Notes: generated by a model not told the origin, from the letters alone. Counted from the first letter of the stretch, positions 8,178 through 18,446 are shown. The stretch: 64,000 bases of DNA from Chloroflexota bacterium (GCA_049323115.1 JBMOMP010000031.1:36018-100017); one strand, 5' to 3'. Numbers and translations are program-made.

Positions 8178-9173
8178 ATGAAAACTTTTATCACTGGCGG
8201 TACTAGTTCGATAGGAAGAGTATTGCTGAAGGAGTTCTCGAGACGGGGAGAACAAATGCGTGTGTTGGTGAGAAAATCCAGCAATATTAAAGGAGTGGAG
8301 CTGCCAGGGGTGGAATTGATACGCGGAGATGTGACGGATGCGAAAGCCATTTGCGCCGGTATGGAAGGTTGCCAGCGCGTGATCCACATGGCGGCCGTTG
8401 TTGGACATAATGTCCCAGAAGCTGAATGGTGGCAGATAAACCGGGACGGCAGCAAACTTGTATTCGAAGAGGCGTGCAAGCATGCTGTGGCAAGTATTGT
8501 ACATGTTAGTTCGCTTTCGGTGCTTGGGTTTACCGAACCTGGTGAACTGGCTGATGAAACGCGCCCGATTGATACAACCAAGCATCTTACCCTGTATCAA
8601 AAGACGAAATTTGCAGCGGATGAAATAGCGCGTGCATTTGCTGTGCAAGGATTGCCTATCAAGATTGTTTATCCGGCGTTTGGATATGGATGTTCTTTTG
8701 CATCCAGTCACCCAAGTATGCAGGACCAAACTTTATTGCGTATGGCATCTGGTAAGCCGACGGCTATCATAGGAAGTGGCAAGAATCGCTTATGCCTGGC
8801 TTATTACAAGGATACTGTTCGCGGAATTGAACTGGCGCACGAGCGGGGCAGGGCGGGTGAAGGTTATATTCTTGGCGGACAGAACTTGACGTTTCCTGAA
8901 ATCTGGGAAGTTGTGGCGGCATTGCTTGGCAAGGAAGTACCCAAGCGTCGTGTACCTCTACCCCTGCTCAGAACGATTTCTGCTCTAAGTCGGTTTATTA
9001 CCCATAAATCTGTTTTCCCACCGGAATTTTTCGAAATGATCGCCTTTGATTGGAATTATTCCAGCGCAAAAGCTGAACGTGAATTGGGTTGGTCCTTTAC
9101 GCCATTTGTTGAAGGGATTGCAGAAACTTGGTCAGGATATCAGGCGCAAGCATGGAAGCCTGAGGTACGATAG
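8178..9173 (+). CDS. NAD-dependent epimerase/dehydratase family protein (extended SDR)
   Basis: The N-terminal Rossmann motif is MKTFITGGTSSIGRVL. A YxxxK motif (YQKTK) is present. 331 aa. Confidence 0.8.
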   Translation: MKTFITGGTSSIGRVLLKEFSRRGEQMRVLVRKSSNIKGVELPGVELIRGDVTDAKAICAGMEGCQRVIHMAAVVGHNVPEAEWWQINRDGSKLVFEEACKHAVASIVHVSSLSVLGFTEPGELADETRPIDTTKHLTLYQKTKFAADEIARAFAVQGLPIKIVYPAFGYGCSFASSHPSMQDQTLLRMASGKPTAIIGSGKNRLCLAYYKDTVRGIELAHERGRAGEGYILGGQNLTFPEIWEVVAALLGKEVPKRRVPLPLLRTISALSRFITHKSVFPPEFFEMIAFDWNYSSAKAERELGWSFTPFVEGIAETWSGYQAQAWKPEVR

Positions 9174-9186
9174 ACATATAATAAAA

Positions 9187-9216
9187 CAGGGACAGTTGGA
9201 TGCTTGTCTGTCCCTG
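9187..9216. terminator. Bidirectional rho-independent terminator between convergent genes
   Basis: A perfect 9-bp stem, CAGGGACAG (9187-9195) with CTGTCCCTG (9208-9216). A T-rich run lies downstream and an A-rich run upstream. Confidence 0.55.
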
Positions 9217-9236
9217 TTTCTGTGTTCTTGTTGTTC

Positions 9237-10451
9237 TTATGGCGCCGGCAGGAAATCCCAGGGGTTGACTTTGAAAGTCGGCGTCATCAACTCGAAATGC
9301 AGGTGCGCCCCAGACGAGCGCCCGGTGCTTCCGATAGCGCCAATCGCATCGCCTTGCCCAACGCTCTGGCCGCAGAAACGGTAGATGGCGCTCAGGTGGG
9401 CATACAGGGATTGCCAGCCGTTCCCGTGATCTACGATCAGCATGTTCCCGTAGCCGTAGTTGTTCCAGCCAGAATAGACGATGACACCCGCGTCCACAGC
9501 ATAGACGCCCTCGCCCTCGGAACCGGCAATATCGATGCCCCAATGATTCGATTTGGGCGAGTAGTCGTAACCTGACAGGTAATGCTTATTGGTCGGCCAA
9601 ACGAATGCGCCGTATCCCACTGCGCCGCCCACCACCGGGTCACATGCGCCTGCGCCCAGCACGCGGGCAGTGGCGGGATCCTCGCGCGTCACACCCAGCG
9701 GCGCGCTCCAGGAGACGAATTCCCTTTTGCCGCCAGGCACGAACAACCAGGTCCCATCCGGGATGTTCGGGTCGGCGTAATCGCCGATCGTAGCCGGGTC
9801 GAGATTGTTGACGGGTGAATTGATGATGTCTTCTACGCTGGCACCGAAGTATTCTGCAAAACCGATCAAGCCGCCTTTGTTTTCCTTGACCCATTCCCAA
9901 TACACGCCATCTGACGGCATGATGTTCAATTCCTGCCCGGACTGCAGTGCGTGGGGGTCGTCCAGCAGGATGTCGTAGTTGCCCCACAGCACCGTTTGAG
10001 GCTGCAAGCCATATTTTTCGGCAATCGCGAAGACCGTATCGCCTTCCTGCACCACATACTTGGTGATCTGCTGCCGCGGGCGCGACGGGATGACCGTAAA
10101 GGGTAATGCGATTCGCGGAATGCCCTCATACTCAATGTTGACGGCGGCCGGGACAGCCTCCATGTCCACGATTGGGGTTGCCGCCGGGGCCTGGGCCGCG
10201 GCAGCGCTGGCCTGGGGGGCGGCTGGCTGCTTGAAGAATATTTGCGCCAGCCAGATCACCGCCGCAATGACGACCAGCGACAACGCGCTCGACCCCGCGC
10301 GCAACAAGGATTCGCCCAATCCCATCTGGAGCAGGGCCTCTGTCCAGCGGGAGAGCAATCCCTTTTCTTTCGATTGTATACTGGGGGCTTCCCCGTTCTC
10401 TATCTGCGCCCCTGGTGATACGGGTGAGTCTTCCCGGAATTCGTTTTTCAT
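9237..10451 (-). CDS. LysM domain-containing M23 family metallopeptidase
   Basis: LysM: YVVQEGDTVFAIAEKYGLQPQTVLWGN. M23: HWGIDIAG...GYGNMLIVDHGNGWQSLYAHLS...GSTGRSSGAHLHFEL. It has an N-terminal TM anchor. Confidence 0.85.
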   Translation of the reverse strand: MKNEFREDSPVSPGAQIENGEAPSIQSKEKGLLSRWTEALLQMGLGESLLRAGSSALSLVVIAAVIWLAQIFFKQPAAPQASAAAAQAPAATPIVDMEAVPAAVNIEYEGIPRIALPFTVIPSRPRQQITKYVVQEGDTVFAIAEKYGLQPQTVLWGNYDILLDDPHALQSGQELNIMPSDGVYWEWVKENKGGLIGFAEYFGASVEDIINSPVNNLDPATIGDYADPNIPDGTWLFVPGGKREFVSWSAPLGVTREDPATARVLGAGACDPVVGGAVGYGAFVWPTNKHYLSGYDYSPKSNHWGIDIAGSEGEGVYAVDAGVIVYSGWNNYGYGNMLIVDHGNGWQSLYAHLSAIYRFCGQSVGQGDAIGAIGSTGRSSGAHLHFELMTPTFKVNPWDFLPAP

Positions 10452-10534
10452 TCGCTCACGGTCTCCGTTATGGGAGCATCATAACACGGGCGGAAAAGCC
10501 CCGTCAAGCCGGTTGGGCGGACGCTTATCCTGCG

Positions 10535-11830
10535 TTAAGCCTGTGATTTCCGAATATTTGGGTTGGTAAAGTGCATCCCGCTCAATATCGCCAGGCAGAC
10601 CACCCCACACACCAGTAACGTTTGCGGCACGCCCCAGCTTTGCGACATCCAGCCGATCAACAGGCTGCCAAACGGCGCCACGCCTTGGATCGCCCACAGG
10701 TAAGTGCTGAATACCCGCCCGCGCAACCCGTTCGGCACCTGCACCTGGATGAGGACGTTCATGATGGCCAGTTGCGTGACCGTCCCCCAGCCGATCAGCG
10801 TCAACAAAATGTAGGCTGGCGCGGCTGCGCGCATGAAGGACAGCGTGATCAATGCCAGCACGAAAGCGGACTGCCCAAACGTCAACCACACTCCCTTTTT
10901 CTTGTAGGAGGTAAAAAATGCGATGGAAAAGGCCGCAACTAACGCGCCGACGCCTTGCGCGGTGTACAGGGCGCTGTTGCGCGTAGCCACGATTTGCTCT
11001 GTGTCGCCCGCCTGCGCCAGCACATCTTTGGCCAGGGCAGGGATCTGTTGCAACAAGGGAAAGCCGAAGAAACCGACCACGGCCATCATGATGATGATCT
11101 GCCCCACCAGGCTGTTCTGGCGGATATAGCGTTGCCCTTCGCTGAATTCTTCCAGTAAGTTGCGGACGGGACCCGCTTCTTTCTGGACCTTGTACCTGGT
11201 GCGGACAAAAAAGAGTCCCCCGATCACGAACAGGTAACTGATCCCGTTCGACAGGAAAACCAAGCCTGCGCCATCCTTCAGCGTCAAGATGATGGCGGCC
11301 AGCGAAGGCCCGATGACGCGCCCCAGGTTGAAGGCCGTGGTTTGCACGGCGATGGCGTTGGGAAGCGCTTCGCGGCCAGCCAGTTCGATCAGCATGGCCT
11401 GGCGGGCGGTGATCTCGATAGCGCTGGCAGTGCCCAGCACAAACGCCAGCAGCGTGATATGCCAGACCTGGATGCGCCCGTTCAGGGTCAGGGCAGCCAG
11501 CGCAAAGGCTTGCAGCATCATCACCGATTGCATGGCGATGACCGTTTTGCGTTTGTCCCAGCGTTCGACGAATACGCCGGCCGGCATGGCCAGGAACAGC
11601 ATGGGCAGTGTAGTGGCAAACCCGATCAGGCCGAGGTCGAGGGAACTGCCCGTGATCTGGTACGCCAGGTAGGGCAGGGTGGTGTTCTGCATCCAGGTGC
11701 CGATGACCGAAAGGAATTGTCCTACCCAGAAGATGGCATAGTCGCGGGAGGTCAACGCCGGGAAGTGGCTGGCAAAGAAGGCCTGGAAGCGATTCATTGC
11801 AAGCGGCTGGCTAGCGGACAGGCGCAACAC
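10535..11830 (-). CDS. MFS transporter
   Basis: 431 aa with about 12 TM segments. The N-terminus FRALTSRDYAIFWVGQFLSVIGTWMQ is typical of the EntS-like MFS subfamily. Confidence 0.8.
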   Translation of the reverse strand: MLRLSASQPLAMNRFQAFFASHFPALTSRDYAIFWVGQFLSVIGTWMQNTTLPYLAYQITGSSLDLGLIGFATTLPMLFLAMPAGVFVERWDKRKTVIAMQSVMMLQAFALAALTLNGRIQVWHITLLAFVLGTASAIEITARQAMLIELAGREALPNAIAVQTTAFNLGRVIGPSLAAIILTLKDGAGLVFLSNGISYLFVIGGLFFVRTRYKVQKEAGPVRNLLEEFSEGQRYIRQNSLVGQIIIMMAVVGFFGFPLLQQIPALAKDVLAQAGDTEQIVATRNSALYTAQGVGALVAAFSIAFFTSYKKKGVWLTFGQSAFVLALITLSFMRAAAPAYILLTLIGWGTVTQLAIMNVLIQVQVPNGLRGRVFSTYLWAIQGVAPFGSLLIGWMSQSWGVPQTLLVCGVVCLAILSGMHFTNPNIRKSQA

Positions 11831-12482
11831 ATTCGGCGCGGTCGTTTTGGGGGCTGTTGACCAGGGCGGAAACGGGGTACGCGGTCATCTTTTCGGCGGG
11901 GTAGGGTTTGATGAACGGGAGCAGGCTTTCGGGAGTCCGAGGCGCAGTATCCATCCATTGCGTGTAATCATCAGGGCGCAATATGACCGGCATCCGGTTG
12001 TGGATCGGCGCTATCAGTTCGTTTGGCGCGGTGGTGATGATGGTGCATGATTTGACGAGGCTGCCATCGGGCGCGTGCCATTCGTCCCACAGACCGGCAA
12101 AGGCGAAAGGTTGGCGGCTTGCCAGGTGGATGAAATAGGGTACTTTGGTCTTTGCGCCGGGTTGGGCTTTCCACTCGTAGAAGCCGTCGGCAGGGATCAG
12201 GCAGCGCTTGTATTTGAAACTGCCGCGGAAAGACGGTTTCTCGGCCAGCGTTTCGCCGCGCGCGTTGATCAGGCGGTTCCCGATGACCGGGTCTTTGGCC
12301 CAGGAGGGGATCAGCCCCCACAGGAAGAAATCGGCGCGTTTTTGGCCGTCGTTGGGGATTGCCAGGACCGGCTGCGACGGCGCAATGTTGAAGCGCGGGG
12401 CGAACTGCTCCGGGAAGGTGTAGCCTTCGAAGGCTTCCTGCAGTTCGGCGGGGTCAATCGTCAGGGTGAATCGTCCGCACAT
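11811..12482 (-). CDS. SOS response-associated peptidase (SRAP/YedK/HMCES family)
   Basis: The N-terminal catalytic motif is MCGRF. Also present are NIAPSQP, INARGET, KRCLIPADGFYEW and ITTAPN, all SRAP hallmarks. Confidence 0.85.
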   Translation of the reverse strand: MCGRFTLTIDPAELQEAFEGYTFPEQFAPRFNIAPSQPVLAIPNDGQKRADFFLWGLIPSWAKDPVIGNRLINARGETLAEKPSFRGSFKYKRCLIPADGFYEWKAQPGAKTKVPYFIHLASRQPFAFAGLWDEWHAPDGSLVKSCTIITTAPNELIAPIHNRMPVILRPDDYTQWMDTAPRTPESLLPFIKPYPAEKMTAYPVSALVNSPQNDRAECVAPVR

Positions 12483-13113
12483 CGTTTCGGTTTCTCTCCA
12501 TTTGCGACTCTAAAAATTCCACTGCTTCGTTTACGTCAAGATCGAGCGGGGTGGGTTTGGGGCGTTGGAACGGCCAGCGCGGCTGCGGGTAATCGGCGAA
12601 GGAACCGTTCAAGCCCACGTCCAGGTAATTTTGCACTGGTTTGGAGGGCTGCCAGTCCCGCCCGGTAAGCGGGGACATGCCCTGTGTGTTGGCGCGCTCG
12701 CCTCGTTGGATGAGCAGGTTGCGCGCAAGTTTTCCCAGGCGGTGGGCGACCTGCCACCTGGCGTAGATGCCGCGCCGGGATTTTTCGATGGCAAGCGCCA
12801 GGCTTTCTATTGCGCCGGGCGCGGATTTGGGCTTTGGTTCTTCTCGCGGTTTGCCCGTTCCCTCGGCGGTCAGGTTGCCCAGTAAAATGAAAAGGACGAA
12901 GACGACGACCACAACCCATAGAATGAGTTGGGGAAAAGAACGGTAGTATAACCCCAGCAGCCACCAGGCGTATGCCAGCGGCAGGATGACGACCTGGCGG
13001 ACGACGTCTTGCAGGGCGAACGCCAGGAGGAAGGCTGCGCATATGATCCCCGCCAGCGCCAGGATTTGCCTGCGGTTCATGCCGTCTCTCCTGGCTCCCC
13101 GCTGGGCGCGCAA
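12454..13113 (-). CDS. Hypothetical membrane protein
   Basis: The 219-aa ORF has 2-3 N-terminal TM segments. It overlaps both the upstream and downstream genes, which suggests operon coupling. No family was recognised. Confidence 0.45.
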   Translation of the reverse strand: MRAQRGARRDGMNRRQILALAGIICAAFLLAFALQDVVRQVVILPLAYAWWLLGLYYRSFPQLILWVVVVVFVLFILLGNLTAEGTGKPREEPKPKSAPGAIESLALAIEKSRRGIYARWQVAHRLGKLARNLLIQRGERANTQGMSPLTGRDWQPSKPVQNYLDVGLNGSFADYPQPRWPFQRPKPTPLDLDVNEAVEFLESQMERNRNDVRTIHPDD

Positions 13114-13988
13114 TAGCGCAGGATGGCTGTCAGGCAGGAGGTGGCTTCGTTGATCTCATCCTGCCCCGACTTCCTCGCGCCGTAGCGGACGGCTTCGAAG
13201 AGCCGGGTCAATCGTTGCACCGGGGCGCTTGGCAGACCGGCCTGCTCCAACCGGCGGGCGAACTCGGCCGGCGTCGTGGCCTGCTGGCGCACCAGGCCGC
13301 GCTTTTTTTCTACGGTTTCGCTCATGCGGGCATAGCAGCGCAGGATGACGTCTTGCGTGTCCTGTCCTGATGCAAGCGCAGCCAACGATGATCGGGCAGC
13401 GGCGGCCAGGTCGTTGAGCGGCCGCATCGAGGCGCGCAGGTCGCGAATCCGCTTCCACCAGCGCAGCAGGCCCCAGGTCAGGAGCAGAAGCGCGAGCACC
13501 AGTCCCAGGCTGATCAGGAAACTTTGCCAGGGCAGGATGTCTGGCGGCGAAAAGACCGGGGCAGGCGGGATGTTCTCCAGCGCCTGGCTGTCGCCCAGCA
13601 TTGGCCCGGCAGCGTTTTCTTCGAGGTTTACCCAGCGGAGCAGGCGGTTTTCCAGCAAATAGGATAAAACCCACATGGTCGCGATGAACGTGAGCAGGGA
13701 ACGGATGAAGCGCTTGCGCAGGGCGGGCGATAGCAGCGAGGCCAACAGGGCGGCCAGGATCGCCAATAACAGCCAGAAGGAAAATTGCTTCCAGGCCGGG
13801 ATACCGGCGGATCCTTGCAAAAGTCCGCCAAACGGGAAGGCGACAGGCGCAACGCCCTGGCTCGATAACGGTTCTGCAGGCGCAAAGTCGAAATCGTGGA
13901 AAGCGATTGCCAGCAATACCAGGGCGCCAAGACCGACGACGGCCAGGAGCAGACGCGACCTTTTATCGAGATCGAGGATGCGCTTCAT
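13077..13988 (-). CDS. DUF4129-like membrane protein
   Basis: Several TM segments are followed by the C-terminal motif ATTPAEFARRLEQAGLPSAPVQRLTRLFEAVRYGARKSG, which is typical of DUF4129. Confidence 0.55.
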   Translation of the reverse strand: MKRILDLDKRSRLLLAVVGLGALVLLAIAFHDFDFAPAEPLSSQGVAPVAFPFGGLLQGSAGIPAWKQFSFWLLLAILAALLASLLSPALRKRFIRSLLTFIATMWVLSYLLENRLLRWVNLEENAAGPMLGDSQALENIPPAPVFSPPDILPWQSFLISLGLVLALLLLTWGLLRWWKRIRDLRASMRPLNDLAAAARSSLAALASGQDTQDVILRCYARMSETVEKKRGLVRQQATTPAEFARRLEQAGLPSAPVQRLTRLFEAVRYGARKSGQDEINEATSCLTAILRYCAPSGEPGETA

Positions 13989-14115
13989 CTTGGGGACATT
14001 GTACCACTCGAAGGAACGACGCTTCCCTCCGTGTTATACTGCCGCTGTGCGCGCCTCCGACTCCCTCCGGCTGGCTCCTGCCCGATCTGCCTGCGCGCCA
14101 ACGAGGAAAATTGCC

Positions 14116-14895
14116 ATGAGCGATCTCCCCTTCTCTGACAAAATTGCCCTGGTGACCGGTTCCGGGCGCGGGATCGGGCGGGCGATTGCGCTGCATTTTG
14201 CCCAAAACGGCGCGGACGTGGTGATCAATTTCTTCCGCAACCGCAAGCCTGCCGAAGGGACGGCGCAGGAGGTGGAACGGCTGGGCCGCCGCGCCCTGCT
14301 GGTCAAAGCCGATGTGGGCGACCTGGAAGACTTACAGCGTTTGTTCGACGAAACCGGGAAGGCCTTTGGCGGGCTGGATATCTTCGTCCATAACGCCGCG
14401 TCGGGGTACAACCGTCCGGCCATGCAGCAAAAACCCAAAGGCTGGGAGTGGACGATGAACATCAACGCGCGCAGCCTGCTCTTTGGGGCGCAGCAGGCCG
14501 CCCCGTGGATGGAGAAGCGCGGCGGAGGGTACATCGTCAGCCTCAGCAGCCCGGGAGCGGTCCGCGTGCTGCCGGAGTACGTGGTGGTGGGCGCCAGCAA
14601 GGCGGCGCTGGAAGCCCTGACCCGTTACCTGGCGGTGGAACTGGCGCCCAGGAACATCGTCGTCAACGCGGTTTCGCCGGGCGTGGTCGAGACGGAGGCG
14701 CTGCAACACTTCGACGCGGTCCGCTCGGGGGAGGACGTCATTGCGCGGGCGGTTGCCGCCACACCGGCTGGACGCATCTTGACGCCGCAGGATGTGGCCG
14801 GGGTGGTGGGCTTCTTGTGCACGCCCGCCGCAGCCATGATCCGCGGGCAGACCATCCTGGTGGATGGGGGGTATACGCTGGGGGTGCGGCAATGA
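14116..14895 (+). CDS. fabL: Enoyl-[acyl-carrier-protein] reductase, FabL-like SDR
   Basis: It starts at the internal ATG 14116. It reads VTGSGRGIGRAIALHFAQNGADVVINF..., NNAASG, WEWTMNINA, YVVVGASKAALEALTRYLAVELAP and MIRGQTILVDGG. From memory this is near-collinear with Bacillus subtilis FabL. Confidence 0.65.
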   Translation: MSDLPFSDKIALVTGSGRGIGRAIALHFAQNGADVVINFFRNRKPAEGTAQEVERLGRRALLVKADVGDLEDLQRLFDETGKAFGGLDIFVHNAASGYNRPAMQQKPKGWEWTMNINARSLLFGAQQAAPWMEKRGGGYIVSLSSPGAVRVLPEYVVVGASKAALEALTRYLAVELAPRNIVVNAVSPGVVETEALQHFDAVRSGEDVIARAVAATPAGRILTPQDVAGVVGFLCTPAAAMIRGQTILVDGGYTLGVRQ

Positions 14896-15106
14896 GGTGG
14901 CGGTCGGGGTAATTCAGGCAGCCGGTTTCCTGGCAGCCTGGGGAGTGCGATTTGCCTGGGAGCGGCTGGCTGCACAAGGGTGATCCGCCGCGCTTTTCTT
15001 GCTTTCGAGAATACCAGCAAGTTCTCCTACACGTTTGGGCTATCGTAGCAAATCCCAAGCAGCCTCTTTTGTCAAGGTATAATTGCGGAGAAGAGGTCAA
15101 TAAACC

Positions 15107-16360
15107 ATGACAAAATTCACTGGCTATCGTTGTTCGCTTTGCAAGGCCGAATACCTGCCGGGGCAGGTCACTTACACCTGCCCGCGCGACGGCGGCAACT
15201 TGGACGTCGTGCTGGATTACGAAGGCATGCGCGGGAAATACCAGCCCGAAGACATCACCAGCCGGGCCGACGCCTCGCTGTGGCGCTATGCGCCCCTGCT
15301 GCCCGTCCCGGAAGTGACGGGGGGCGGCACGCCCTTGCACGCCGCCGGTTGGACGCCGGTCTTCGAAATGCCGCTCCTGGCCAGGAAATTGGGCTTGCAA
15401 AAACTTTGGCTCAAGGACGAATCCCGCAACCCGACCGCCTCCTTCAAGGACCGTGCCAGCGCCATCGTGGTGGCGCGCGCGCGGGAGATCAAGGCTGAGG
15501 TGGTCGTCACTGCTTCCACGGGCAACGCCGGGGCGGCGCTGGCGGGCATGGCGGCGGCGGTAGGACAGAAGGCGGTCATCTTTGCGCCCAAATCTGCTCC
15601 CCCGGCCAAGGTGGCGCAGTTGCTGGTCTTTGGCGCCAAGGTCGTGCTGGTGGACGGCACCTACGACGACGCCTTCGACCTCACGGTCAAGGCCGCGCAG
15701 GAGTTCGGCTGGTACTGCCGCAACACGGGCTACAATCCCTTCACCGCCGAGGGCAAGAAAACCGCCGCCTTCGAGATTTGGGAGTATATGCGCTCGGCCA
15801 TTGGGGATGCGCCTTTCACGGTCTTCGTCTCGGTCGGCGACGGCAACATCATCTCCGGCATCCACAAGGGATTCAAGGATTTGCTGGAACTGGGCTGGAT
15901 CGAGACCATGCCGCGCATCGTCGGCGTGCAGGCGGAGGGATCGGCGGCGGTAGCCAATGCGTTTCGCGCGGGGACCGAGAGGATCGTTCCTGTTTCGGCA
16001 ACCACCCTGGCCGACAGCATTTCCGTTGACCTGCCGCGCGACGGGGTGCGTGCGGTCCGCGCAGCGCGCGATACCGGCGGGACCTATGTTACCGTGTCGG
16101 ACGAGGAGATCCTGTCTGCGATTGCGGAACTTGGCAAGGTGGGCGTGTTCGCGGAGCCGGCCGGGGCCACCTCCTATGCCGGGTTGGTCAAGGCAGCAGC
16201 CTCCCCCTACGGGGACGGTGCAGGCGTAGTGCGAAGCGATGAAGCCGTCCTGGTGCTGAATACCGGCAGTGGACTGAAAGATGTCAAAGCGGCCATGCGG
16301 GCGGTGGTCGAGGCGCCGGTCATCGAACCCACGCTGGAGGCCGTCAAACGCTTGTTATGA
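15107..16360 (+). CDS. thrC: Threonine synthase
   Basis: It has an N-terminal Zn-ribbon-like motif (CSLC...TCPRDGG), a PLP-lysine motif (NPTASFKDRASA) and TASTGNAG. 417 aa. Confidence 0.85.
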   Translation: MTKFTGYRCSLCKAEYLPGQVTYTCPRDGGNLDVVLDYEGMRGKYQPEDITSRADASLWRYAPLLPVPEVTGGGTPLHAAGWTPVFEMPLLARKLGLQKLWLKDESRNPTASFKDRASAIVVARAREIKAEVVVTASTGNAGAALAGMAAAVGQKAVIFAPKSAPPAKVAQLLVFGAKVVLVDGTYDDAFDLTVKAAQEFGWYCRNTGYNPFTAEGKKTAAFEIWEYMRSAIGDAPFTVFVSVGDGNIISGIHKGFKDLLELGWIETMPRIVGVQAEGSAAVANAFRAGTERIVPVSATTLADSISVDLPRDGVRAVRAARDTGGTYVTVSDEEILSAIAELGKVGVFAEPAGATSYAGLVKAAASPYGDGAGVVRSDEAVLVLNTGSGLKDVKAAMRAVVEAPVIEPTLEAVKRLL

Positions 16361-17517
16361 AACCCAATTGGAGTTTGCCATTCCGGTACCTGGTTGGCGT
16401 CCTGGCGTTTGCTGCGCTGGCGGCGTTCCTTTTTTATGCCCGCCAGGCGGTCAGCGCGTTAGTAGTGGCCGGGTTTGTCGCTTATTTGATCAACCCTGCG
16501 GTGGCGCTTCTTACGCGCAATGCGCGCATGTCCAGGGCGGCAGCGGTGAACATTGTCTATTTTTCGGCCTTGATCCTCCTGGTGGGTATCCCGGCTACCC
16601 TGACGCCCATATTTTTCAACGAAGCGCAACTGGTTTTGCAGGATTTGCTCGACCTGACCAGCCAGTTGAACGAGATACTCTCCAAGCCGGTGGAGTTCGG
16701 CGGGTATGTTTTCCATTTCGAGCAGTTGGGGAAAGACCTGTCTGAGATCCAAATGGCGGTCTTGTCGCCGCTGCCGGAAGAGATGCTGCAATTGCTCGAA
16801 TCGACTTCGGTGGGGGTGCTGTGGTTCCTGGTGATCCTGGTGAGCGTGCACCTGTTCCTTTCGCATTGGCCTGAGATGCGCGACTGGTTGATCGGCCTGG
16901 CGCCTGCGGACTACCAGGAGGAAGTGCGTGAACTCTACCAGCGCATCCGGCGGGTGTGGATGGCCTACTTGCGCGGACAAATCGTGCTGATGTTGATCGT
17001 TGGCATTGTTTTCACAATAGCCTGGACGGTCATTGGAATTCCCGGCGCGCTGGCGCTGGGCGTAATCGCCGGGTTCTTTACGCTGGTGCCGGACGTGGGG
17101 CCGTTCCTGGCGGCCATCCTGGCGGTGGGAGTGGCTCTGTTGGAAGGCTCCAATTGGATCCCGCTTTCCAATTTCTGGGTGGCGGGGATCACGCTGGCGA
17201 CTTACCTGGTGCTGATCAACTTGAAGAATTTCTTCCTGCGCCCGTATGTGATGGGACGCAGCGTCCACATGAACGAGGGGCTGGTCTTCATTGCGATCTT
17301 GATCGCTACGATCCTGGAAGGCATCATGGGCGCATTGTTGGTTGTCCCTGTGCTGGCTTCGGTGGCGGTGATCGGGGAATATATCCGGCGGCGCGTGCTG
17401 GGTTTACCCGCCTTCGACGAGAGCGAAGGAATGCAGTTCGTCAAGCCGGAGGAAGAAGCGAAGCCCATCCGGCGCGGACGGAAGCGGAGCGCTGAAAAGG
17501 AAGGGCAGGCCAAATGA
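16357..17517 (+). CDS. AI-2E family transporter (PerM-like permease)
   Basis: 386 aa, polytopic. Motifs typical of AI-2E/UPF0118 are present (FFTLVPDVGPFLAAI, LRPYVMG). An ATGA overlap couples it to the thrC stop. Confidence 0.8.
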   Translation: MKPNWSLPFRYLVGVLAFAALAAFLFYARQAVSALVVAGFVAYLINPAVALLTRNARMSRAAAVNIVYFSALILLVGIPATLTPIFFNEAQLVLQDLLDLTSQLNEILSKPVEFGGYVFHFEQLGKDLSEIQMAVLSPLPEEMLQLLESTSVGVLWFLVILVSVHLFLSHWPEMRDWLIGLAPADYQEEVRELYQRIRRVWMAYLRGQIVLMLIVGIVFTIAWTVIGIPGALALGVIAGFFTLVPDVGPFLAAILAVGVALLEGSNWIPLSNFWVAGITLATYLVLINLKNFFLRPYVMGRSVHMNEGLVFIAILIATILEGIMGALLVVPVLASVAVIGEYIRRRVLGLPAFDESEGMQFVKPEEEAKPIRRGRKRSAEKEGQAK

Positions 17518-18446
17518 AGACCGCGTTTTCTATCATTGCTCCCATTTACAATGAAATAGACAATCTTGCCGAACTCCATCGCCGCGTGAAAGAAGTGATG
17601 GATGTTACCGGAAAGCCCTGGGAATTGATCCTGGTGGATGACGGTTCGACAGATGGCTCGACCGAAAAAATCCGTGAACTGGCAGCGGCGGACAAGCGCG
17701 TCCGCCCGGTCATTTTTGCGCGCAATTTCGGCCACCAGATCGCCGTCACAGCCGGGCTGGATTATGCGCGCGGCGAGGCGATGATCATCATTGACGCCGA
17801 TTTGCAGGACCCGCCGGAAGTCATCCTCGATCTGATCCAGAAATGGGAAGAGGGTTACGAGGTGGTCTACGCCGTGCGCGCCGAGCGCGAAGGTGAATCC
17901 TGGTTCAAGTTATGGACCGCTTCATTGTTCTATCGCATCATTTATCGCATCACAGATGTCAAGATTCCGCTCGACACCGGCGATTTCCGCCTATTGGACC
18001 GTAAAGTAGTGGACGTGATGAAGTCCATGCGCGAGCGCCATCGCTTCCTGCGCGGCATGGCCTCCTGGGTGGGGTTCAATCAGGTGGGCGTGGAATACAA
18101 GCGCGCCGCCCGCTACGCCGGCGTGACCAAGTACCCGTTCAGGAAGATGCTCAAACTGGCGTTGAACGCCATCACCAGTTTTTCGTATTTTCCCCTGCAA
18201 GTGGCGACTTTTGTCGGTTTCTTTGCAGCGGGGATCGCCATCCTGGCTATCCCGGTGGTCATTTACATGCGTATCACCGGTTCGCAGGCCTTCTTTGGGC
18301 AGGCTACTACCTTGATCGCTACGTTGTTCCTGGGCGGGGTGCAGTTGATCTCTTTGGGCGTGCTGGGCGAGTACATTGGCCGCCTGTATGACGAAGCCAA
18401 GGGCCGGCCTTTGTATATCGTCCGTGAAACGCCGAGTGACCAGTGA
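17514..18446 (+). CDS. Family 2 glycosyltransferase (polyprenyl-phosphate sugar transferase-like)
   Basis: SIIAPIYNE...LILVDDGSTDGS...IIDADLQDPPE...GDFRLLDR, followed by two C-terminal TM segments. Confidence 0.85.
   Translation: MKTAFSIIAPIYNEIDNLAELHRRVKEVMDVTGKPWELILVDDGSTDGSTEKIRELAAADKRVRPVIFARNFGHQIAVTAGLDYARGEAMIIIDADLQDPPEVILDLIQKWEEGYEVVYAVRAEREGESWFKLWTASLFYRIIYRITDVKIPLDTGDFRLLDRKVVDVMKSMRERHRFLRGMASWVGFNQVGVEYKRAARYAGVTKYPFRKMLKLALNAITSFSYFPLQVATFVGFFAAGIAILAIPVVIYMRITGSQAFFGQATTLIATLFLGGVQLISLGVLGEYIGRLYDEAKGRPLYIVRETPSDQ

Noticed and set aside
8178-9173. Locally AT-richer epimerase gene appended to the ABC operon, as possible horizontal transfer
   Set aside because: Spot counts (24/60 at 8161-8220, 31/60 at 8521-8580) are lower than the neighbours. 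The gene is an ordinary SDR with no flanking mobility signatures, so the evidence is too weak to flag.
13675-14115. N-terminal 147-aa extension of the FabL-like ORF (the track gives 13675-14895, 406 aa)
   Set aside because: The extension is Arg/Ala/Ser-rich and low in complexity. It lies antisense to the DUF4129-like gene, and the Rossmann motif begins right after the internal ATG at 14116. It is a GC-driven open frame, not coding sequence.
14896-15106. Possible riboswitch or T-box leader in the 210-nt region upstream of thrC
   Set aside because: I could not identify any conserved riboswitch core, specifier/T-box motif or convincing terminator/antiterminator pair by eye. A covariance-model search would be needed.
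14738-15865. 375-aa minus-strand ORF antisense to fabL and thrC
   Set aside because: Its composition is dominated by Arg, Gly, Pro and Ala, and no motifs were recognised. It fully overlaps two well-supported plus-strand genes. It is a typical shadow ORF in high-GC DNA.
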